Source: an uncultured Chloroflexia bacterium
Lineage (GTDB): Bacteria; Chloroflexota; Limnocylindria; Limnocylindrales; CSP1-4
Length of the DNA: 64,000 nt
Reading direction: 5' to 3'
Assembly (NCBI GenBank): GCA_963745295.1
Contig: CAVUWG010000003.1
Coordinates: forward strand, 541,047 to 605,046
Shown: positions 50,891 through 64,000 of the stretch, one piece after another
Numbering within the stretch: the stretch's first letter is position 1
How the letters are laid out: every line of letters starts with the position of its first letter
The notes under the pieces: model-generated
Database searches by the model: none
The model's input: the letters and a program-made list of their open reading frames with translations, nothing else
Told to the model about the DNA's origin: nothing
Program-made: the position numbers and the translations under genes

Positions 50891-51999
50891 CGCTCGGCCA
50901 GCGGGACGGCGCCGAGGAGGTCGGCTGGTGAAGGGTCTCCGTCGTCGCCGCCACCGTCGCCGGGCTCCTCGCGGGTGTCGAGCGTGCCCTCGTTGCCGTC
51001 CTCCCAGAGCAGCATCTCCTGGGTCAGCGAGACCTCGCTTGAGAACAGGGCCCCGACGGACTCGCCGCGATGGATGCGCTTGATGGCCTCGCCGATGAGC
51101 GGCGCCACGGACAGCGTCGTGATCTTCGAGATCCGCTTGCGTTCCGGCAACGGGATCGAGTCGGTCATGACGACCTCGCGCAGCGAGGAGGCCGCGATCC
51201 GGTCGACGGCCGGGTCGCTGAGCACGCCGTGGGTGGCGCAGGCGTAGATCTCGGTCACGCCTTCCCGCTCGAGCGCGCGGACGATCTCGACGAGCGTGCC
51301 GGCCGTGTCGATCTCGTCGTCGACGATGACCGCGCGCTTGCCCTGGACGGTGCCGATGACGTTCATCAGCTCGGCGCGGTCGAGGTTGCCGACCCGCCGC
51401 TTCTCGATGATCGCGAGTGGGGCGTCGAGGAGCTCCGCGAACGTCCGGGCCCGCTTCGCGAAGCCGAGGTCCGTGACGACCACGAGGTCCTCGAGCCGCT
51501 TGTGGCGGAAGTAGTTCGAGAGCATGTGGACGGCGGTCAGCTCGTCGACCGGGATGTTGAAGAAGCCCTGGATCTGGCCCTGGTGGAGGTCCATCGTCAG
51601 GACCCGGTCCGCGCCGGCCACGGTGATCATGTCGGCGATCAGCCGGGCCGTGATCGGCACCCGGGGCTGGTCCTTCTTGTCCGAGCGGCCGTAGGCGTAG
51701 AACGGGATGACCGCGGTGATCCGCCCCGCGCTGGCCCGCTTGAACGCGTCGATCATGATCAGCAGTTCCATGATCGACTGGTTGACGGGGTGGCTGGTCG
51801 GTTGGACCAGGAAGACGTCCTTCTCGCGGACGTTCTCCAGGATCTTGACGAAGATGTTCTCGTTCGCGAACTGGAAGACCTCGGCCTTGCCCGGCTCGCT
51901 GCCGAGGTAACGGCAGATCTTCCGGGCCAGCCCCGGGTTCGAGTTGCCGTGGTAGATCTCGAACTGGTCCGCGTACAAACGGGCCTCCCTGGCGCCCAA
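50887..51999 (-). CDS. prs: Ribose-phosphate pyrophosphokinase with about 50-aa acidic C-terminal extension
   Basis: PRPP synthetase motifs (VDDEIDTAGT, HGVLS). 370 aa versus the typical 315-320 aa. Confidence 0.85.
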   Translation of the reverse strand: MGAREARLYADQFEIYHGNSNPGLARKICRYLGSEPGKAEVFQFANENIFVKILENVREKDVFLVQPTSHPVNQSIMELLIMIDAFKRASAGRITAVIPFYAYGRSDKKDQPRVPITARLIADMITVAGADRVLTMDLHQGQIQGFFNIPVDELTAVHMLSNYFRHKRLEDLVVVTDLGFAKRARTFAELLDAPLAIIEKRRVGNLDRAELMNVIGTVQGKRAVIVDDEIDTAGTLVEIVRALEREGVTEIYACATHGVLSDPAVDRIAASSLREVVMTDSIPLPERKRISKITTLSVAPLIGEAIKRIHRGESVGALFSSEVSLTQEMLLWEDGNEGTLDTREEPGDGGGDDGDPSPADLLGAVPLAER

Positions 52000-52027
52000 G
52001 ACCTGCTAGCCCCCGATCATGCTGGCG

Positions 52028-54589
52028 TCACGTGCCTGACGGACCCGTTGGGGCAGGTCCCTCCGGTGCGGGGTCGCCATCGTCGCCCATGCCGTCCAGC
52101 TCCGCAAGTCCGGCACGGAACGCGGCGATCGCCACGACCCGGTCGCCCTCGGCGAGGCGCATGACGATCACGCCGCGCGCCGACGAGGAATAGCGGTTGA
52201 TCGTGTTGGTCTCGGTCCGGATGACCTGGCCGCCGGCGCTGATGAGGAGGAGCTCCTCGTCGGCTTCGGTGACCTGCTGGACCGCGGCGACATCGCCGGT
52301 CTTGCGACCCTCGAGCGAGATGAGCCCGACGCCCTGGCCGCCGCGATGCTTGATCCGGAACTCGGTCAGCGGCACGCGCTTGCCGTAGCCGGTCTCGGTG
52401 AGGACGAGGACGTCGGCATCGGGCTCGACGACGCTCATCCCGACGACCGAGTCGCCCTGGCGGGCGAGCCGGATCCCGATGACGCCGGCGGCGTCTCGGC
52501 CCATCGCCCGGACCTCGGTCTCGGCGAACCGGGCGAGCTTGCCCTTGGCGGTGGCGATGATGACGTCGTCCTTGCCGGTCGAGACGTCGACCCAGGCGAG
52601 CTCGTCGTCGTCGGCGATCGTGATCGCCCGGATGCCCGACGAGCGGACCCGCTCGAACTGCTCGAGCGGCGTCTTCTTGACGATGCCCTTCCGGGTCGCG
52701 AGCACGAGGTAGGAGCCCGCGGTGAAGTCCTTGAGCATGATCGTCGCCATCGGGACCTCGCCCGACTCCACCTGGACGCCGGGCAGGTTGATGATCGGGA
52801 TGCCCTTGGCCTGGCGGCTGGCGTCCGGGATCGCATGGACCTTGGCGCTGAAGACCCGGCCGCGGTTGGTGAAGAACAAGGCCCAGAAGTGGGTGTTGGC
52901 CACGAGCAGGTGCTCGACGGCGTCCTCCTCGCGGGTGACGTGGCCGATGATCCCCTTGCCGCCCCGGTGCTGGCGTCGGTAGGTGTCGACGGGCTGACGT
53001 TTGATGTAGCCGCGGCCCGAGATCGTGACCACGACGTCCTCGTCGGCGATCAGGTCCTCGTCGGTCATCTCGCGGCTGGCGTCATCGGCGACGCGGGTCC
53101 GGCGCTCGCCCGCGTACTTCTTCTTCAGCTCGGCCAGCTCGTCCTTGATGATCTGGAGGACCCGGGCTGGGCTGCCGAGGATGTCCTCGAGCTCGGCGAT
53201 CTCCTGGATGACCGCGAGATATTCGTCTTCGATCTTCTTGCGCTCGAGCGCCGCCAGTCGGGCGAGACGGAGGTCGAGGATGGCCTGCGCCTGGAGCTCG
53301 GTGAGCTTGAACCGGCTCATGAGGTTGGCCCGTGCGAGATCGACGTCAGCCGACTCGCGGATCGTCTTGATGACCTTGTCGAGGTTGTCGAGCGCGATCT
53401 TGAGCCCTTCGAGGATATGGGCCCGGGCGCGCGCCTTGGCGAGGTCGAACTCGGTCCGTCGTCGGACGATCTCGCGGCGATGATCGATGTAGTGCACGAG
53501 GACGCTGCGGAGGGGCAGCGTCTGGGGCTGACCATCGACGAGCGCGAGCATGTTCATGTTGAACGCGAGCTGCATCGGGGTGTGCTTGAAGAGGTTGTTC
53601 AGCACCTTGTGCGGGTTCGAGTCCCGCTTGATCTCGACGTAGATGCGCATCCCGTCGCGGTCGGACTCGTCACGCAGGTCGGCGATCCCGTCGATGCGCT
53701 TGTCCTTGACAAGGTCGGCGATCTTCTCGAGCAGGCTGGCCTTGTTCACCTGGTACGGCAGCTCGGTGACGATGATCGCGGTGCGGTCGCCGCGAACTTC
53801 CTCGAACGCGACCTGGGCCCGCATGACCACGCGACCGCGACCGTGCGCGTACATCTGGCGGATCGCGTCGACGGTCTCCCACTCCCCGGTCAGCGCGTTG
53901 CGCTGCCGCTCGTAGCGGAAGATCGTGCCGGCCGTCGGGAAGTCCGGGCCGTGGACGAACTTGCACAGGTCGTCGGAAGTGAGCTCCGGGTCCTCGATGA
54001 GGGCGATCGTCGCGTCGCAGATCTCCCCGAGGTGGTGCGGCGGGATGTTGGTCGCCATCCCGACGGCGATCCCCGACGAGCCGTTGATGAGCAGGTTCGG
54101 CAGCTTCGATGGCAGCACCGACGGCTGCTTCTGGGTCCCGTCGTAGTTGTCCTCGAAATCGACGGTCTCCTTGTCGATGTCGGCGAGCATCTCGGCCGCG
54201 ATCGGGGTCAGGCGCGCCTCGGTGTAGCGCATCGCCGCGGCGTCGTCGCCATCGACCGAACCGAAGTTGCCCTGCCCGTCGACGAGCGGATAGCGCATCG
54301 AGAAGTCCTGGGCGAGGCGGACGAGGGCGTCGTAGATCGACTGGTCGCCATGCGGGTGGTACTTGCCCATCACCTCGCCGACGATCGCGGCGCACTTGCG
54401 GTAGGAGCTGTTCCCCGACAGCCCCATGTCCCCCATCGTGTACAGGATCCGGCGATGGACCGGCTTGAGCCCGTCACGGACATCGGGCAGGGCGCGCGCG
54501 ACGATCACGCTCATCGCGTAGTCGAGGTAGCTCGTCCGCATCTCGTCCTCGATGCGGATGGCCCGGATGTCGCCCAGGTCGTCGGTCAC
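52028..54589 (-). CDS. gyrA: DNA gyrase subunit A
   Basis: [10 protein letters not shown] active-site Tyr region, GyrA box, C-terminal beta-pinwheel repeats. 853 aa, intact. Confidence 0.92.
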   Translation of the reverse strand: MTDDLGDIRAIRIEDEMRTSYLDYAMSVIVARALPDVRDGLKPVHRRILYTMGDMGLSGNSSYRKCAAIVGEVMGKYHPHGDQSIYDALVRLAQDFSMRYPLVDGQGNFGSVDGDDAAAMRYTEARLTPIAAEMLADIDKETVDFEDNYDGTQKQPSVLPSKLPNLLINGSSGIAVGMATNIPPHHLGEICDATIALIEDPELTSDDLCKFVHGPDFPTAGTIFRYERQRNALTGEWETVDAIRQMYAHGRGRVVMRAQVAFEEVRGDRTAIIVTELPYQVNKASLLEKIADLVKDKRIDGIADLRDESDRDGMRIYVEIKRDSNPHKVLNNLFKHTPMQLAFNMNMLALVDGQPQTLPLRSVLVHYIDHRREIVRRRTEFDLAKARARAHILEGLKIALDNLDKVIKTIRESADVDLARANLMSRFKLTELQAQAILDLRLARLAALERKKIEDEYLAVIQEIAELEDILGSPARVLQIIKDELAELKKKYAGERRTRVADDASREMTDEDLIADEDVVVTISGRGYIKRQPVDTYRRQHRGGKGIIGHVTREEDAVEHLLVANTHFWALFFTNRGRVFSAKVHAIPDASRQAKGIPIINLPGVQVESGEVPMATIMLKDFTAGSYLVLATRKGIVKKTPLEQFERVRSSGIRAITIADDDELAWVDVSTGKDDVIIATAKGKLARFAETEVRAMGRDAAGVIGIRLARQGDSVVGMSVVEPDADVLVLTETGYGKRVPLTEFRIKHRGGQGVGLISLEGRKTGDVAAVQQVTEADEELLLISAGGQVIRTETNTINRYSSSARGVIVMRLAEGDRVVAIAAFRAGLAELDGMGDDGDPAPEGPAPTGPSGT

Positions 54590-54611
54590 GGTGCGCTACT
54601 CCTCGGAACGG

Positions 54612-55620
54612 TCATGCGAGCGGTGGCTCGGGGTGGGTGGTGGGGTCGGGCAGCTCACCGAAGCGAGCCGAGGTCTCGGCGGCGGTCGAGGTGGTCGGGG
54701 CGCCCGCGCGCCGGCGGATGCCCGCGAGGCGGGCGCGGAACTCGTCGGCCACGGCCGGATCGAGCTTGCTGAGCGAGTCGCGGATGACCCAGGCGCGGTG
54801 GCCGTCGTCGGTGGTCGCCGCGTCGGTCCGTCTCGGCGCGAAGGGCATCGGTGGTCGCGGCCAGGTCGACCTGGGCCAGCGAGCGGTAGGCCCACGACAG
54901 GGCCTTCTGCACGTCGGGCTCGTCGTCGCCCATCAGCTGGCCGAGCAGCGGCAGGGCGCGGTGGACGACGTCCGGGTCGAGGCCGCGCCGGCGGTGACCG
55001 TGGGTCATCGTCGCGATCGTCGAGCCGACCAGACGACGCTCCCAGCGCGATGGCGAGAAGACCAGCTGCTCGAGCTCGGCCCAGCGGTACGGCTCGGCGG
55101 CGATGCCCTTGCCATACGGGTGGGCGAGGTCGTCGACCGTGATCCAGTCGCCGGCCTCCCGGGCCGCCCGACGGAGCAGCTGCCAGGTTCGCTCGGTCTC
55201 GAGCGGCAGGGTCCGTTCGAGGAGGCCGAACGCGAACCAGCGCGGTTCGAGGTACGGCTCCGCGAACAGGCGGTCCGCGACAAAGAGCAGGGGCGTCGGA
55301 CGCTCGTCGCGGGTCGCGTTCCGGAAGCCGCGCGAGACGGCCGCCATCAGCGGCCAGCGGACACCAAGGACCGGGCCGATGCCGGGCGCGACCCGCTGCT
55401 GCCCGTCGAGGTACTCGGGGTCGGCGAGGCGCCCCAGCCCGGCGGTCAGGGCGGCGGCGAACGCCTCGGGATCATTGGTCAGCTCGGCCAGATCCGCGCC
55501 GATGGTCTCCGCCGCGGCCTTATGGTCCGCCACGAAGACGACCGCGCGGGCCGTCACGTCACTGCCGGGGGTGGTGGGCATGGCGGTCGCCGCGGTCGCC
55601 GCGGTCGCTGTCGCGGTCAT
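54612..55620 (-). CDS. DNA alkylation repair enzyme (AlkD/HEAT-like) family protein; apparent +1 insertion near 54850
   Basis: Most of the protein is in ORF 54655..56085, from MTATATAAT. The C-terminus (AWVIRDSLSKLDPAVADEFRARLAGI) is in the adjacent frame, ORF 54612..54848. Confidence 0.5.
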
Positions 55621-56148
55621 GGTTGCGGGTCCACCGCGTCGGGTGTATCGGCGTGGGCCAGCGTGAGGCTCGAGTCCAATTGGCGGAAGCCGTAGCGTTC
55701 GCGGAGCTCCTGCTTGCGGTCCGCATCGGCGGCGACGTACGTCCCGGTCGCGGTCGCCAGCTCGACCCCCGACTCGATATCGACGATCCGCCCGGCCGTC
55801 TCGACGATCCGTCGGCGCGACCGCGTGACCCAGCCATCGGCACGGATGGCCAGCCCGATCGGGACCGGCTTCCGGAACGCGACGGCGATGCGGGCCGTGA
55901 CGCCCCAGTTGTCCTCCGCAACCAGGGCCCAGGCCATCACCTCGTCGAGGATCGTGCTGACGATCCCGCCGTGCGCGACGCCCTCCCATCCTTCGAACCG
56001 ACGATCGAGCTCGAGGGTCGTCCACGACCGGGCCGGCTCCAGGTGCAGGGTCATCTGGAGCCCGTGCGTGTTGAGCGTGCCGCAACCGAAACAGTGATGT
56101 GGCGTGAACTCGAAGCGGGCCGTCGGCGAGACACGGACGTCACGGACG

Positions 56149-56159
<11 letters not shown>
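55617..56159 (-). CDS. PaaI/4HBT-type hotdog-fold thioesterase
   Basis: The motif [18 protein letters not shown] fits the hotdog-fold thioesterase family. 180 aa. Confidence 0.6.
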
Positions 56160-59190
<3,031 letters not shown>

Positions 59191-59194
<4 letters not shown>

Positions 59195-60048
59195 GACGCC
59201 ACCATCCCCTGGACCGCGTCAGGCGGGTTCGGTCCGCGATCCGCTGCAGACGGCGCGATCTGCAGGTCGCCCAAGGCCCGCCCGTCCTTGTCGGAGCGAC
59301 GCCGGAACTCGTCCGCCAGCGCGCGGTAGGCGATCGCTCCGGTGGAATCCGGCCGGTAGATCGCGATCGGCTTCCCGTGACTCGGTGCTTCCGACAGCCG
59401 GACGCTCCGCGGGATCACGGTCTCGAAGACCGATGGGCCGAGGTGTCGGCGCACCTCGGCAGCGACGTCGGCTGAAAGGTTGGTCCGGCTGTCGTACATG
59501 GTCAGGAGGACACCTTCGAGCTCGAGGTCCGGATTGAGGTTGTCGCGAATGAGATTGAGCGTGGCAAGCAGTTGGGTCAGTCCCTCCAGGGCGTAGTACT
59601 CACATTGGAGCGGGATGAGCACGGCGTCAGCGGCCGTCAGCGCGTTCACGGTCAACAGCCCGAGTGAGGGCGGGCAATCGATGAAGATCATGTCGTACCG
59701 ATCGGCGACCTCCCGGATGAGCCTGGAGAGTCGCCGCTCACGCGCGTCGACGAGTGCGAGTTCCACTTCGGCCCCGGCCAGTGCGACGGCCGATGGCACG
59801 ACGTCGAGGCCGAGGGGGCCACGGACGGCGATCGGCGCCAACGAGACCTCATCGATGAGGGCGTCGTAGATGGAACGCTCGAACGTCGTCCGGTCGAGTC
59901 CGAAGCCGCTCGTCGCATTTCCTTGCGGATCGAGATCGATCACGAGGACTTGCTCGCCCGCGATCGCGAGGTAGCTCGCGAGATTGACCACCGTCGTGGT
60001 CTTGCCGACGCCACCTTTCTGGTTCGCGCAGGCGATCGTTCGGCCCAC
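59191..60048 (-). CDS. parA: Chromosome partitioning ATPase ParA/Soj
   Basis: Deviant Walker A KGGVGKTT. 285 aa. Confidence 0.9.
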
Positions 60049-60187
60049 TCAGAGACCTACCTGGGATGCTGTCACGGTGATTGATTCTACCATCGGAGAC
60101 GGTCGGACCTCGGTTCGGGAGGATCGCGACGCATGCTCCCACTCGAGCCTGCACTAGCGGTTATCTGCAGTGCGCCGCCGGCCGTGA

Positions 60188-60203
60188 TGTTTCACGTGAA
60201 ACA
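60188..60203. promoter_or_regulatory. parS: parS site, perfect 16-bp palindrome TGTTTCACGTGAAACA
   Basis: Exact match to the canonical ParB-binding parS consensus, about 140 nt upstream of parA. Confidence 0.85.
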
Positions 60204-60370
60204 GTGGTGGAGCGACGGTCTGGAGCGGGCACAGCAGCGTGACCGGCCGGCATCCGGGCCGGGCGAGCCAGGGGTGGGTGGGGGTCGACGAGCGGACTCC
60301 AGGCGGCCGACACCATGTTTTTCGGCAGAGGGAGGCGGGCGCCTCGAGGAGTCGCGGCGGCCCGACATGG

Positions 60371-60386
60371 TGTTTCACGTGAAACA
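60371..60386. promoter_or_regulatory. parS: Second parS site, perfect TGTTTCACGTGAAACA
   Basis: Identical palindrome 183 bp from the first. Confidence 0.85.
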
Positions 60387-60698
60387 TCTGATCGGGGTCG
60401 TGGTCAGTCTGGGGCGTGGCACGGGCCCGTTATCCAAGCCCGCGTCCAGATGGCGACCCAAAGCAGTGGGATCGCCACAATGAGAGCGATCATCAGAACC
60501 AGACAGGATCGCTTGGACACGCTCGGATCCTAAAGCCGGCTGGCTCTCAAGACTGAATCACGGCCGCTGATCGGTCCCCGTTGCCGCTCTTGGGGCTCCG
60601 TGGGATACTGCGCCGAGACGTCGCCGCCGAATCGACCGCGTCGAGAGCCGCGTAGGCGGGCGCGCGACCTTCGGACACATGCCGAGGATCGACGCTCA

Positions 60699-61199
60699 AT
60701 GACCCTGCTGCTCGCTGCAGTCGGTGCGACGGTGGCGGCCCTGTTCGAATTGACCGTGACCACGTACCTTCGGGTCGGTGGGGTCCAGCCACACCTCGTG
60801 TTGGTGCTGGCCGTCATCGTCACGATCGCGGTCGGGCTGGATGCAGGCCTCGTCTGGGCCTTCGTTGGCGGGCTCGCACTTGATGTCTTGGCTCAACGAC
60901 CACTCGGATCGACGGCATTCGCGCTCCTGCTCTGTGTGGGCGGGGCGTCGGTCTTCGGTCGCCTCTTCTCTCGGGTTCGTCCCCTTGCTCCCATCATCGC
61001 CACCTTCTTCCTGAGCGTTGTCTACTCCATGGTCCTTTTCGCTCTCTTCAGCGCCCTGCGTGCGCCACTCCCAGTGGCTGACCCGCTGAGTCTGGTCGTG
61101 CCTCCGGCCGTCTACGACGCGGTCCTGGCCGCACTGATCGGCCCGCTCGCCGTCTCGATCCACGACCATCGCGTCCAGGTGGAGCGCGTCGACTGGTGA
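60699..61199 (+). CDS. mreD: Rod shape-determining protein MreD
   Basis: About 166-aa polytopic protein (LALDVL, GGASVFG) directly upstream of pbp2 with an ATGA overlap. The start was chosen at MTLLLAAVGA within ORF 60600..61199. Confidence 0.6.
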   Translation: MTLLLAAVGATVAALFELTVTTYLRVGGVQPHLVLVLAVIVTIAVGLDAGLVWAFVGGLALDVLAQRPLGSTAFALLLCVGGASVFGRLFSRVRPLAPIIATFFLSVVYSMVLFALFSALRAPLPVADPLSLVVPPAVYDAVLAALIGPLAVSIHDHRVQVERVDW

Positions 61200-63097
61200 A
61201 CACCTACCTGGACGGCCGACGCGAGCCCGCGACACGTCGGCTGTCGCGTTTTCTCGTGTTCGGCATCGCCATCATCCTGGCGATGGGGGGACTCACGGCC
61301 CGCCTGTTCTATCTCCAGATCGTCAATGGTGGCCAATACACGGCGCTCGCGACCGCAAATCGGACGGTCATCGAGTCGACGCCATCGACCCGCGGGCTCA
61401 TCTACGATCGCGCCGGCCGCCCACTCGTGACGAACGTGCCGATGTTCGCGGTGAAGATCCGGCCGGCCGATCTTCCCGTGCAGTTCCGACCTGAGGTGGT
61501 CGCCCGGCTCGCGGCGATGATCGGGATCGACGCGGCCGGGATCAACACGGCGATTGACAGCAACCCTGGTTCGTCGTTCGATCTGGTTCGGATCGCCGAG
61601 GACATCGACGAGGACACCGCCCGACTGATCGCGGAATCCTCGTCGCAGCTGCCTGGTGTCGAGATCGCCGTCGAGGCCCGCCGCGAGTACCCCGACGGGA
61701 CGCTGATGTCGCAGATCGTCGGGTACACGGGCCCGGTGTCACCGGAGCAGCTCCCGGACCTTCGTGCCAAGGGCTACCTGCCGGACGACCTATTGGGCAA
61801 GGCCGGAGTCGAGTCCTCGTACGAGACCTTCCTCCGAGGCGTCTACGGCAGGGAGCGCGTCGAGCGGAACGCCCTTGGCCAGAAGACCCAGGTGCTCGCG
61901 ACCGAAACCGTCGCCAAGCCTGGTGCCTCGCTCACCCTCACGATCGATACCAAGATCCAGAAGGAAGCCGAGAAGGCCCTGAAGTGGGGCATCAAGGCGA
62001 TCGGCAGCAAGCGCGGCGTGTTCATCGTCATGAACCCGCAGACCGGCGAAGTCCTGGCGATGGTGAGCCTGCCCACCTACGACAACAACCTCTTCGCGCG
62101 CGGCATCAGCACCAAGGAATTCAACAAGCTGGTCAAGAACAAGGACCTCCCGCTCCTGAACCACGCTGTGCAGGCGCACTACCCGCCCGGATCCACCTAC
62201 AAGCTCGTGGCCGGGACGGGTGGGCTCGCCGACAAGAAGATCACGGCAACGACGAGGATCCTGACCAAGGGCTATCTGACCGTCGGCGCCAACAAGTACT
62301 ACGACTGGAACCGTCGCGGCTTCGGGCCCTGCGATATCTATTGCGGTTTCGGCCACTCGAGCGACACGTACTTCTTCACCGTGGGCGGCATGCTCGGGAT
62401 CGACCGGCTGGGTTACTGGGCGAACCAGTACGGATTCGGGCATCTGACCGGCATCGACCTCCCGGGTGAGGCGGCCGGGATCGTGCCGACCAACGCCTGG
62501 AAGCAGGCCGAGAAGGGCGCGTCGATCTTCACCGGCGAGACGTACCAGGCGAGCATCGGCCAGGGCTACGACAACGTCACACCGATCCAGCTCATCAACG
62601 CCTACGCGGCGCTGGCGAACGGCGGCAAGCTCTACGAGCCGCAGGTCGTTCGCGAGGTCGTGGGTCCGGATGGCGCGGTCGTGCGCCCGTTCAAGCCGAA
62701 GCTCATCCACAAGGTGAAGGCCAGGCAGAGTGTGCTGCGCACGATGCGCAACGCGGCCCGCAGCACCGTGCTCCTGCGCCACACGTACAACCTCGTCGAC
62801 ATGCCGATCAAGATCGCCGGCAAGTCCGGGACGGCCGAATTCGGGAACCGCGACCGACGGGGCCGCCTGCCGTACCACTCCTGGTTCGTCGGCTGGGTGC
62901 CGAAGGACCCATACAACGGCTCATTCGACAAGACCGACTCCAAGCTCATCGCCATGGCGTTCATGTACGACTCGCGAACGAAGGGCAACGCGGGCACCGA
63001 GGTCGTGAAGTACTTCTACCAGCTCCACTTCGGGATCAACAAGGACTACCGCAACTTCGATCTGATGGAACGCGGCAACTTCTTCAGGACCGACTGA
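61196..63097 (+). CDS. mrdA: Penicillin-binding protein 2 (elongasome transpeptidase)
   Basis: N-terminal TM helix, PBP dimerisation domain, and STYK, SSD and KSG transpeptidase motifs. Confidence 0.85.
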   Translation: MNTYLDGRREPATRRLSRFLVFGIAIILAMGGLTARLFYLQIVNGGQYTALATANRTVIESTPSTRGLIYDRAGRPLVTNVPMFAVKIRPADLPVQFRPEVVARLAAMIGIDAAGINTAIDSNPGSSFDLVRIAEDIDEDTARLIAESSSQLPGVEIAVEARREYPDGTLMSQIVGYTGPVSPEQLPDLRAKGYLPDDLLGKAGVESSYETFLRGVYGRERVERNALGQKTQVLATETVAKPGASLTLTIDTKIQKEAEKALKWGIKAIGSKRGVFIVMNPQTGEVLAMVSLPTYDNNLFARGISTKEFNKLVKNKDLPLLNHAVQAHYPPGSTYKLVAGTGGLADKKITATTRILTKGYLTVGANKYYDWNRRGFGPCDIYCGFGHSSDTYFFTVGGMLGIDRLGYWANQYGFGHLTGIDLPGEAAGIVPTNAWKQAEKGASIFTGETYQASIGQGYDNVTPIQLINAYAALANGGKLYEPQVVREVVGPDGAVVRPFKPKLIHKVKARQSVLRTMRNAARSTVLLRHTYNLVDMPIKIAGKSGTAEFGNRDRRGRLPYHSWFVGWVPKDPYNGSFDKTDSKLIAMAFMYDSRTKGNAGTEVVKYFYQLHFGINKDYRNFDLMERGNFFRTD

Positions 63098-64000
63098 TGG
63101 GCGTCATCCGAGCCGAGCCCGCGCGCGTCACCGACTGGGCGGCCAAGTCGGTCGGCGCCGTGTGGCGCGCGTTCGACCTGCAACTCGTGACGTACGCGGG
63201 CCTGCTCGCGGCGATCGGCCTGGTCATGGCCTACACGAACAGCGTCGAGAACGGCAAGTTGACCCTGGAGACCCAGACCGTGTTCACCCGCGGCCTGATG
63301 TGGGCCGGGATCGCGGTCGTCGCCTTCATCGTGGCGACGGCGTTCGACTACCGCTGGTTGAAGACACTGGCCTGGCCGATCTATGCCCTCCAGCTCGGGT
63401 TGCTCGTGCTGACGCTCGCCATCGGTGACGGCGTCGGCAATTCAGCGCGCTGGATCGCCATGGGCCCCTTCAGCTTCCAGTTCAGCGAGCTCGCCAAGAT
63501 CTTCATGATCATCGTCCTGGCCAACTACCTGTCGGAGCGGCAGGGTCGGCTCGATTCGCTGCCGTCGATCCTTGGCGCCTGCGTGCTCGTGCTGCCGCCC
63601 CTCGGCCTGGTGATGCTCCAGCCGGACCTCGGGACCTCGCTGGTCTTCGCGGCGATCCTCGCCGGGATGCTGTGGATGTCGGGCGCCAGCCTGAAGTGGC
63701 TCGCGGCGCTGGCCGCCGGGGTCATCGCCCTCGTGCCGCTCGCGTGGACCTACATCCTCCACGACTACCAGAAGCAGCGGCTGCTGTCGTTCCTCGACGC
63801 CGATCCGGACATCAAGGGCTCTGGCTACCAGCTGTACCAAGCGCAGATCGCGGTCGGCTCCGGGAGCTGGATGGGCAAGGGGCTCACGAACGGGACGCAG
63901 GCCCAGGGCGACTTCCTGCCGGTCCAGACCACGGACTTCGTGTTCGCGATCCTGGCCGAGGAGCTGGGGTTCATCGGCGGCCTCGTCGTGTTCACTCTCT
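63097..64000 (+). CDS. rodA: SEDS peptidoglycan glycosyltransferase RodA; the 3' end lies outside the window
   Basis: ATG overlaps the mrdA stop. Polytopic FtsW/RodA family sequence (PDLGTSLVF...GSGYQLYQAQIAVGSGSWMGKG). Confidence 0.85.
   Translation, partial: MGVIRAEPARVTDWAAKSVGAVWRAFDLQLVTYAGLLAAIGLVMAYTNSVENGKLTLETQTVFTRGLMWAGIAVVAFIVATAFDYRWLKTLAWPIYALQLGLLVLTLAIGDGVGNSARWIAMGPFSFQFSELAKIFMIIVLANYLSERQGRLDSLPSILGACVLVLPPLGLVMLQPDLGTSLVFAAILAGMLWMSGASLKWLAALAAGVIALVPLAWTYILHDYQKQRLLSFLDADPDIKGSGYQLYQAQIAVGSGSWMGKGLTNGTQAQGDFLPVQTTDFVFAILAEELGFIGGLVVFTL

Noticed and set aside
60133-60483. 116-aa ORF spanning both parS sites
   Set aside because: Low-complexity Gly/Arg/Pro-rich product. 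The region is better explained as the non-coding centromere-like spacer.

Overview
This is a high-GC (about 70%) bacterial chromosomal window centred on the replication origin and the chromosome-partition region. Coordinates for features I placed by hand may be off by 1-2 nt. For those features, ORF-track arithmetic was used where possible.

On the minus strand the window carries dnaA, an oriC-like DnaA-box cluster, dnaN, recF and a DUF721/DciA-like gene. Divergent from dnaA is the rpmH-rnpA-yidD-yidC-jag module. About 40 kb away, still on the minus strand, lies parA-parB-gyrB-(thioesterase)-(alkD-like)-gyrA. Two perfect parS palindromes sit upstream of parA, followed directly by mreD-mrdA-rodA.

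Other housekeeping genes in the window are secA, prs, ftsE, ftsX, a C-terminal processing protease, and prfB carrying the classical programmed +1 frameshift site. A tmRNA gene (ssrA) lies next to a fur-family regulator. smpB is nearby but interrupted.

The most unusual content is at the left end: a glycosylation locus made of a GT4 glycosyltransferase fragment, a 1796-aa multi-module GT-C membrane glycosyltransferase, a divergent DUF2723 (TMEM260-like) GT-C protein and a GT2 polyprenol-phosphate mannose synthase-like enzyme. The large protein combines an ArnT/DUF2029-like module with a PMT-like module. The PMT-like module carries a roughly 470-aa beta-propeller-like insertion in the loop holding the DE motif.

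A second theme is many +1 single-base-insertion frameshifts. About 15 are concentrated between roughly 35.5 and 40.9 kb, in an MFS transporter, a urease gene set with no accessory genes nearby, a proline racemase-like gene and smpB. Further single insertions interrupt an RND paralog, jag, a KefB-like antiporter, an alkD-like gene and even gyrB. The strong bias towards +1 insertions and the hits in essential genes suggest assembly artefacts for at least part of them. The dense cluster could still be genuine gene decay.

No CRISPR arrays, transposases, integrases or tRNA genes were seen.
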